From the NCBI GenBank assembly GCA_031260885.1, contig JAISKP010000140.1, forward strand, positions 1 to 63,426: a stretch of 63,426 nucleotides of DNA. Reading direction: 5' to 3'. The notes beneath the pieces are model-generated. The model was given only the letters and a program-made list of their open reading frames with translations, did not search any database and was not told the origin of the DNA. A program made the translations under genes and the position numbers. Of the stretch, positions 57,601-63,426 are shown one piece after another. The stretch's first letter is position 1; each line of letters starts with the position of its first letter. The stretch comes from Eubacteriales Family XIII. Incertae Sedis bacterium. Its GTDB lineage: Bacteria; Bacillota; Clostridia; Peptostreptococcales; Anaerovoracaceae.

Positions 57601-58056
57601 CGGAGAAACGCAGGAATTTTTAAGGTCTGCGATGACGTCGCTCATACGATTGATGAAAGCTTCCGAACGTTCGAGATTTCGAAATGAAAGCAGATCGTTC
57701 CTGCTGCGGTAAATCAGCCGCGAAAGCAGCATGAACTTGCCGTATTGATCGAGAAACGGTGTTGCTCCGCCGCCGCGTTCCGCAAAAATCCGGCGCACGA
57801 GCGAGGACATGCTGAGAATGTCCAGATCGATGAACCCTTCTGCATCCGTATATTCAAAAGCGTTTCTTTCAGCCTGCAGCGTGAACTGTTCGGGGACGAT
57901 CAGAAGCACACGGGTCGGCAATCCGCCTGTAGCGGAAGACCTGCCCGATAAGCGCTTCAGGCGCGATGTTGAGATGTGTGAGAGGGTGACAGCGATACGC
58001 TCGTACAGAAATCTGTCTTTGTCTATATGCTCTCTGGAATAATGTATCGTCAGCAT
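54688..58056 (-). CDS. addB: Helicase-nuclease AddAB subunit B (AddB/RexB)
   Basis: An inactive helicase-like N-terminal region (LLIVPEQFTLQAERNAF) is joined to a C-terminal PD-(D/E)XK nuclease (GRIDRVD...IIDYKTG). Iron-sulfur cysteines are present (RCPFSWF ... CTYCRYRGIC). Start is taken at MLTIHYS (58056), 7 nt after the upstream stop. Confidence 0.85.
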   Translation of the reverse strand: MLTIHYSREHIDKDRFLYERIAVTLSHISTSRLKRLSGRSSATGGLPTRVLLIVPEQFTLQAERNAFEYTDAEGFIDLDILSMSSLVRRIFAERGGGATPFLDQYGKFMLLSRLIYRSRNDLLSFRNLERSEAFINRMSDVIADLKNSCVSPETLKTITESLGDPSLLKRKLTDVSAVYAAYEDAVSGKFLDMPDRLHMAVDRIEASALIASSEIWFSGFDSFSPAMLEAVNALIRKSISVNIVLTAEPVNPFFSLTNALIEKLQADAHQGGYECGLSAIPETYIHQKPDPMLKIEQELFSYGRRAEEKKTEKTEPSPFVSDSPRPPLRLVAAANYYAEAETAAAQIAEMLREEDLRYRDILVLCNDMDARASVIHRVFSEYGLPVFIDKRRDISQNPVLRFILALPEIAANGRKYEDVFALLKTGLTPIPRADWEELENYVIKYKISGKKWRSEFTLGKSGQAAYDDEEFARLNASRILVNDLLGSFEESFKREKTAKGRTEALLRFLNKEANISEAAEALAAGLEAEGRLENALEVAGIPRVCEDILLQLIEVLGDLPMSMEEYAIVLHAGFSQVRIGILPPAMDQIVVGTMQRTRTGKTKVLFVLGANDGVLPAENADDGVLNEDEKRLLSDRGHDIVRSADFMRAEEQLAIYRNLCKPQQFLYMSYAVSDGDGKELRPSLIFERVRRLFPEVPVEKDILSAADLYTDSDKARTLIQAKEETLHHLTDNLRRWISGEFMPAVWADVWRWFVKYDPERLAGIRAGLNFRNRNDHVEKESIEKLYASADIVQTSPSALERFSRCPFSWFLGSGIRLGERRIHEIDSRSIGDLAHLALMRYGMEMCEDAVSVSDPASQWQLLDEAACRDKAGRIFDETLSGFQEGLLEGGGYERYKSERIRHIVSDAAWALTMQTKAGGIDSMLFETSFEPGGVFPPIESTINGKNFQVRGRIDRVDVYPGGYARIIDYKTGAESFSAADVLNGWQLQLMIYLKAASESFKPAGIFYFKLAEPRINDNGKTDVAEAAADAFNLDGVYLNDPALVALLGASGKGKSAIEPADFAALRQSADILIEDLLTRIADGEIAARPMTARHLKTADGKNKTACTYCRYRGICNYDKIFE

Positions 58057-58063
58057 CGCTTTA

Positions 58064-59707
58064 TTAGGTGCGGTCGACTTCCGATGCTTTCGCGACAATT
58101 TCCTCCGCATTGTACTTTTTACGGAGCTTCGGCTTTTCGATTTTTCCGGTGGGATTGCGCGGCACCTTATCGAAGATGATCATACGGGGTCTTTTGTAAC
58201 GAGGAAGTTCTTTTATGAACACTTCTATTTCCGCTTCGGATGCGGTGACGCCATCCTTCAGTTCGATGATCGCTGCGGCGACCTCGCCGAGCCGCATATC
58301 TGCGATACCGATGACAGCGACATCTTTGATCTTCTCGTTCTTTCTGAGAAAGTCTTCGATCTGGACGGGGTAGATGTTCTCCCCTCCGGAAATAATGACG
58401 TCCTTCTTTCGGTCGACGAGAAAAATGAACCCATCCTCGTCCTCCATCGCCATATCACCGGTGTAGAGCCAACCGTCTTTCAACGTTTGAGCGGTTGCTT
58501 CGGGATCACCGTAGTATTCCTTCATGACGCCGGGACCTTTTAAAATGAGTTCGCCTACATCTCCGCGTTTTACATCCCGACCGTCTTCATCTACAATTCT
58601 TGTCTGCCAGTCATGTCCGGCTTTTCCGATCGCGCCGACCTTATGGATGTTTTCGATGCCCAGATGTACGGAACCCGGACCGATGGATTCGGACAAACCG
58701 TAATTGGTGTCGTAAGCATGATTTGGAAAATGTTTTTTCCATCTGCGGATGAGACTTGGCGGTACGGGCTGTGCCCCAATGTGCATAAGCCGCCAGTGAC
58801 TCAAATCAAACTGGTTCAAATCAACTTCCCCGCATTCGATCGCATCGAGGATATCCTGTGCCCACGGAACGAGCAGCCATACGATGGTCGCTTTTTCGAG
58901 CGATGCCGATTCGAGAACCCATTTGGGGCTCGTTCCCTTTAGGATAATCGCTTTACTGCCCGACATGAGGCTACCGAACCAGTGCATCTTCGCACCCGTA
59001 TGATAGAGCGGCGGAATGAGGATGAAGACATCATCCTTTGTCTGCCCGTGATGCTTATATTCGGTGACTGCTGCGGAAAAGAGACTGTTCTGTGTATGCA
59101 GAATCGCTTTCGGAAATCCTGTGGTGCCGGATGAAAAGTAGATCGCAGCATCATCGTCCCCATGGATTTCGACTTCGGGCGGATTTGCCGGATAGTCTTT
59201 GACCAACCGTTCGTAACTGTTTGCATAATCCGGAACATCCATCCCCACGAAGATAAATTCGCGGATTTTCGTCAGCTCGTGTCTGATCTCGCCAATACGT
59301 TCGAGGAATTCCGAAGCAAAAATCAGAACAGTAGCATCGGATAAGCCGAGACAGTAGGCAATCTCTTCGGACGTATACCTGAAATTGAGCGGGACGGCGA
59401 TTGCACCCGACCTCAAGATTCCGAAATAAATCGGAAGCCAGTCGATGCTATTCATCATCAGGATCGAAACTTTATCGCCTTTCCGGATGCCCTTGTCGCG
59501 CAGCAGGTTTGCGAATTGGTTTGCACGGTCGTCAAACTGTTGCCATGTCAACGTTCTTCGGAAGTGTTTCGCGTGTCCGGCTTCGACGAGTTCGTATTCC
59601 TGCCATTCGAGATTTCTTACTTCGTCATGGATGGGGTTTAGTTCGACAAGCGCTGTATCATCGCCGCAACGCTCGGCGTTTTGTTTCAGTAAATCAGTCA
59701 GAATCAT
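58064..59707 (-). CDS. AMP-binding acyl-CoA synthetase (fatty-acid--CoA ligase family)
   Basis: The AMP-binding signature YFSSGTTGFPKAI is present, together with YGLSE, TGD, the hinge DRKKDVIISGGENI and a C-terminal PRNPTGKI. Confidence 0.85.
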   Translation of the reverse strand: MILTDLLKQNAERCGDDTALVELNPIHDEVRNLEWQEYELVEAGHAKHFRRTLTWQQFDDRANQFANLLRDKGIRKGDKVSILMMNSIDWLPIYFGILRSGAIAVPLNFRYTSEEIAYCLGLSDATVLIFASEFLERIGEIRHELTKIREFIFVGMDVPDYANSYERLVKDYPANPPEVEIHGDDDAAIYFSSGTTGFPKAILHTQNSLFSAAVTEYKHHGQTKDDVFILIPPLYHTGAKMHWFGSLMSGSKAIILKGTSPKWVLESASLEKATIVWLLVPWAQDILDAIECGEVDLNQFDLSHWRLMHIGAQPVPPSLIRRWKKHFPNHAYDTNYGLSESIGPGSVHLGIENIHKVGAIGKAGHDWQTRIVDEDGRDVKRGDVGELILKGPGVMKEYYGDPEATAQTLKDGWLYTGDMAMEDEDGFIFLVDRKKDVIISGGENIYPVQIEDFLRKNEKIKDVAVIGIADMRLGEVAAAIIELKDGVTASEAEIEVFIKELPRYKRPRMIIFDKVPRNPTGKIEKPKLRKKYNAEEIVAKASEVDRT

Positions 59708-59788
59708 AATAATGCTACATTCTCCTTACCACTTTATAGGGTCACGGAAAATTATCGCACTTTCCGGCGTGAAAATCAACGCACTTGC

Positions 59789-60535
59789 TTATGCGACGGT
59801 GATCTTTGATTTAAAAGCGGACCGACCGTCTTCCGCAATGGTTCCCTCAATATAAAAAGTGTTCTTTTCCGAGACGCTTACACCCTTGGAAATGATGATT
59901 GTCTCGCCGAGCTTTGTTTCGTTCACGTAGTTGACTTCAACCTGCTTCACGTCTTGGGTTTCGAGTCCTGCCGCACCGATGCTATCCATCGCGTAATCCA
60001 TGTATTTGGTGTTGTTCACGTGCTGATTTCGATCGAGGTCGCTGTATTCGATCTTCTTTTCCAAGGCGGGCAGGAGTTCCGCATCGGATCTGATTTTTCC
60101 GAGCCGGCAATCAATCGCACGTTCTTCAGTGATTCTGATATGGGAATAGTCGAGCAGCGTTTCCTTCACGATCTCGCGCTTTACGAGATTCATCAGAATC
60201 CAGACGGAGACCCCCTTTACGAGGACCTCTCCGTTTTCGTTCTTGATCAGATAATCCCGCTCATATAAGGTGGCGGGTTTCTGGGGCCATGTTTCGACAG
60301 TAAGGACTTCATACCTTTTCGGCATGCGCAGAATGTCTACGCGCAGCCGCATGAGAATCCATGCAACGTCGAAGGATTCCTTCAGCTTGTCCACGCTGGC
60401 CCCGAGATTTTTTGCGTGCAGTGCGGCGATGTCCTGAAGATAGCCGAACAGCGCGCTCAGCCGCAACTGATCCTTGAAGTCGCAGTCCCGATCAGGAACG
60501 GTAACAGATAGTGTATATTTTGAAACGGGTTCCAT
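59789..60535 (-). CDS. Acyl-ACP thioesterase
   Basis: A double hot-dog architecture with DLDRNQHVNNTKYMDY in the second half. The size is 248 aa. Confidence 0.75.
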   Translation of the reverse strand: MEPVSKYTLSVTVPDRDCDFKDQLRLSALFGYLQDIAALHAKNLGASVDKLKESFDVAWILMRLRVDILRMPKRYEVLTVETWPQKPATLYERDYLIKNENGEVLVKGVSVWILMNLVKREIVKETLLDYSHIRITEERAIDCRLGKIRSDAELLPALEKKIEYSDLDRNQHVNNTKYMDYAMDSIGAAGLETQDVKQVEVNYVNETKLGETIIISKGVSVSEKNTFYIEGTIAEDGRSAFKSKITVA

Positions 60536-60634
60536 GGTTTAATGCCGATCGCCTTTCATTTAAACAGAAAAAGTTGCTTTTTCAATCATATCGCAAGCGG
60601 AAAATATTTGCAAACGCCCTGCGCCGTAACGGTT

Positions 60635-62272
60635 TCAGGGCAGGCGTTTTATCGTTGAGGCGCTTACCGTGCCGTTTGGCTGAATCGTGACGGTGAAATA
60701 TCTGAAATCCTCCGTGTAGTGGTTTCGCATCAGAATCAAGACGGTGACCGGTCTGCGTATCGGTCCGACACCGGTGCCGAACATCTCGTTTTGCCCGGTC
60801 TGCGTTTCGCCGTTCGTATTGTTTCCGTTAAACAGGGTTGTGGATCCCGGCGTGATGATCAATTCCGGCACGTGTTCATGACCGGCAAGCTGTATCCGTG
60901 CGAGTCCGGCTCCGCGTGCCAATTTGCCGACATTCGGACTGTGCGTCATCAGGATATCGACCCGATTGCCCGGACTTTCTTCGTCTTCCGTATAGAATTT
61001 CAGATCTTCGAAAATGGTTTTGTCAAGCGCCGTCAATGCCGCTGTACGTTCAGCCGTATGAATTGAGGCGGCAAACTCCGTATGAAGCGGATCTCCGTAG
61101 CCGGCGATAACCGTCCCGAGCGGTGTAACGGTGATATCGGTTCTGCCGTCAAGCACAGTCGCGCCGGCGTCTGCCATTTGCCGGTCGGTGGTCAGGGTAT
61201 CGTGGTTTCCCCGGATGTAGAAGATCTCTTTTACGCCGGCAGCCTGAAGGGACTTTACATATTCGGATACAAAGTATCCTTCAATAGAGCTTCCCGTCTT
61301 TGTGACGTCGCCCGTGTCTAAGACATAGGACGCTTTGGTTTCTCGGATGATCTGCGCGATGACCGGATACATGTAAAGATTGTCGTGAATATCGGTCACT
61401 TGGATGAACATTTCTTCGGGATAACGTTCGTGATAGCCGGGATCCGAGAGGGCATCGCGGACACCAAGCACCGCTTTTTCCGAAAATTCCCAACCGCGCC
61501 GGCTCGTATCCGTGTAGACGTCGTTGATTTTGCCGGCGGCAAGGCTGATTACACCGTCGAAGACCAAGGTCCCGATGTCAAAATCCAGGACAAACCTTTG
61601 GGGATTGGCAATGTTGTTTGCAGGCTCTTCGAGATCTTCCGGGATCCCTGAGTGACCGACGATGGACGATAACCCTGCAGTGACGCCGAAGACGATGATG
61701 CAAACGCAAAGACCGGCGACAAGTGCGAGCCTGACAGCGGATTTTCGCCACGAGATTTTTCTTCGGAGATAAAATAGAATCGCAAGAAAAACAAAACCGC
61801 CCGCTGCGAACAGAATGAACCTGTCGAGCATGTCGCTTTTCAATCGTTTGGCAATTCTGTCAAATTCGCCTGTAAAGGAACCCAAAAGCTGACCGACATC
61901 ATCGCTTTTGAACGAAGCACTGCCGGGCGCAACTATTTTCAACATTGAAGTGGGAGAAATATCAAGAATCCGGATGCGCACACCGATCGGTAGATACTGA
62001 ATCCCGAGCGAAATGTTTGTTTGAATAAAAAGATCAGATGCTTCGCGCTGGATCTGTTCTGCGTCGGACGGCGTCAGCATAATTCTGCCGGGTGCGCCGA
62101 GATCGATCGTGATTGCGTGCCCGAACTCGGGGGAAACCTCGACCGGGACGCCGGCAATCGTGTCGCTGATCCGAGCGGTTTCAAACGCAACAAGAGCCGA
62201 TCCGGCAAGAACCCCTCCGCAGAGCAATATGGTGACGACAATAAAAGAGATCTTTTTCAACATAAAGATCAT
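60635..62272 (-). CDS. Membrane-anchored calcineurin-like metallophosphoesterase
   Basis: An N-terminal TM and a cluster of TMs around residues 150-200 precede the MPE motifs DIHD, GDVT, GNHD, THSP and GHEH. Confidence 0.75.
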   Translation of the reverse strand: MIFMLKKISFIVVTILLCGGVLAGSALVAFETARISDTIAGVPVEVSPEFGHAITIDLGAPGRIMLTPSDAEQIQREASDLFIQTNISLGIQYLPIGVRIRILDISPTSMLKIVAPGSASFKSDDVGQLLGSFTGEFDRIAKRLKSDMLDRFILFAAGGFVFLAILFYLRRKISWRKSAVRLALVAGLCVCIIVFGVTAGLSSIVGHSGIPEDLEEPANNIANPQRFVLDFDIGTLVFDGVISLAAGKINDVYTDTSRRGWEFSEKAVLGVRDALSDPGYHERYPEEMFIQVTDIHDNLYMYPVIAQIIRETKASYVLDTGDVTKTGSSIEGYFVSEYVKSLQAAGVKEIFYIRGNHDTLTTDRQMADAGATVLDGRTDITVTPLGTVIAGYGDPLHTEFAASIHTAERTAALTALDKTIFEDLKFYTEDEESPGNRVDILMTHSPNVGKLARGAGLARIQLAGHEHVPELIITPGSTTLFNGNNTNGETQTGQNEMFGTGVGPIRRPVTVLILMRNHYTEDFRYFTVTIQPNGTVSASTIKRLP

Positions 62273-62307
62273 TATATCACACGCGTTGTGTCGAATGTCT
62301 GTTTGTA

Positions 62308-63426
62308 TCAGATCGCTTGCCGACTCCGCGAAACGAAATCATCGGCGTAGCGAAGCCGGATCATCGGCACTTCTGTATTTGTCCGTCGAATCATCGATTT
62401 GAATTTTCCGTGCTCCATATCGGTCACGAAGGTATAGGCGATGCCCGTTTCCTCCGCTCTTCCTGTCCGACCGATTCGGTGGATATAGCTGTTGCTGTCT
62501 TGGGGCAGATCGAAGTTGACCACGACATCGATGTTGTCGATGTCCAGTCCCCTTGCGGCAACGTCCGTCGCGACGAGGACGCTGACCTCGCCGTTCCGGT
62601 ACCGCCGCATGACGGCGTCTCTTTTGTTCTGACTCATGTCTCCATGCAGCGCCGCTGCATTGATTTTGTTTGCAATTAGCGTTTTCGCAAGCTTGTCGGC
62701 CATGTGCTTTCTGGAAACGAATACCAGAGAAGAGCCGAACTTCTGATCCCGTAGTAATGTAACGAGCGTCGCTTCTTTTTTGTTGCCCGGAATCTTAGAG
62801 AAATACTGCGTGACGGTATCGGCGGTGCGCTGCTTCTGTTCGATCCGGAAAAGATTGATTTCTTTTTGATAGTTCTTTGCGATGTCCATGATTTCCGGTG
62901 CCATCGTGGCGGAGAACATGACGGTTTGGCGATCCTTTGGCGTGTTTCCGAGAATCGCCTGCAGATCCGGGCGAAATCCCATGTCCAGCATCAGATCCGC
63001 CTCGTCCAGCACGACCTGCCGAATGTGGTCAAGCCTGATCGTCCGACGGTTCATGTGGTCTTTCATTCTGCCCGGTGTGGCTACGATGATCTGAGGACGC
63101 TTCTTCAATGCCAGAATCTGGCGATTGATCGGTGCACCGCCATAGATTGCAAGTGCTTTGACACCCGGTTTGCAAAGCGTGAGTTTGTGAAACACTTCCG
63201 TGATCTGCATTGCCAATTCCCTTGTCGGACAAAGGATCAGCGTTTGGACGTTGCTGTCAGATGTATCGATGCTTTCAATGACGGGGATGCCGAATGCGCA
63301 GGTCTTGCCTGTACCGGTCGGCGCTTGTACGACGATGTCTTTCCCGGACATCATCGGCTCGATGGCCAGACGTTGCACCGGCGTCGGTGTACGATAACCC
63401 ATTTTGTCGAGGCTCTTCATAAGCTG
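62308..63426 (-). CDS. DEAD-box ATP-dependent RNA helicase (N-terminus probably beyond the window edge)
   Basis: PTPVQ, AQAPTGTGKT, PTRELA, VLDEAD, SAT, ARGLD and HRIGRTGRA are present. The reading frame is still open at the window edge, and the Q-motif region upstream is missing. Confidence 0.9.
   Translation of the reverse strand, partial: QLMKSLDKMGYRTPTPVQRLAIEPMMSGKDIVVQAPTGTGKTCAFGIPVIESIDTSDSNVQTLILCPTRELAMQITEVFHKLTLCKPGVKALAIYGGAPINRQILALKKRPQIIVATPGRMKDHMNRRTIRLDHIRQVVLDEADLMLDMGFRPDLQAILGNTPKDRQTVMFSATMAPEIMDIAKNYQKEINLFRIEQKQRTADTVTQYFSKIPGNKKEATLVTLLRDQKFGSSLVFVSRKHMADKLAKTLIANKINAAALHGDMSQNKRDAVMRRYRNGEVSVLVATDVAARGLDIDNIDVVVNFDLPQDSNSYIHRIGRTGRAEETGIAYTFVTDMEHGKFKSMIRRTNTEVPMIRLRYADDFVSRSRQAI

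Overview
This window is the chromosomal replication-origin region of a spore-forming Firmicute with Clostridia-like gene content. GC looks mid-50s % by eye. I saw no rRNA, tRNA, CRISPR array or intact transposase.

Core: rpmH-rnpA-yidD-yidC-jag-mnmE-mnmG-rsmG-(2 perfect parS)-parA-parB on the minus strand diverge from dnaA-dnaN-recF-gyrB-gyrA on the plus strand. DnaA-box clusters lie on both sides of dnaA, giving a bipartite oriC. gyrA is followed by spoIIAA-spoIIAB-sigF and a very tight housekeeping array: trpS, metK, aspartate kinase, secA, prfB, a HAD phosphatase and hypB.

Left flank (0-17.5 kb): typA (partial), a zinc-ribbon membrane protein, hypE, ydbS/ydbT-like bPH proteins, a CDF transporter, a dedicated ECF transporter, Crp/Fnr and ArsR regulators, rlmH, an ApbE/NusG-II/Gx-transporter operon, an MBL hydrolase, RNase HI and a PAS-PP2C phosphatase.

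Right flank (45.9-63.4 kb, entirely minus strand): a sortase-dependent pilus island (tip adhesin, major pilin, two class C sortases) headed by an orphan REC-HD-GYP response regulator. It is followed by addB without addA, an acyl-CoA synthetase, an acyl-ACP thioesterase, a membrane metallophosphoesterase and a DEAD-box helicase (partial).

The most unusual observation is that the vWA tip adhesin and a basal pilin form one uninterrupted ORF. That ORF carries two complete sorting signals and an internal signal-peptide-like segment, and its own N-terminal signal peptide is reachable only from a CTG start. Other items worth a second look:
- twin 70-nt hairpin repeats next to a decayed gene fragment (15.2-15.4 kb)
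- a 23-nt motif shared by two unrelated intergenic regions
- a duplicated mnmE 3' end
- absence of the usual T-box, S-box and L-box leaders
- a 17.5-kb block of genes oriented head-on to replication

All calls come from reading the sequence and ORF translations. No database searches were run. Start codons are judgement calls.
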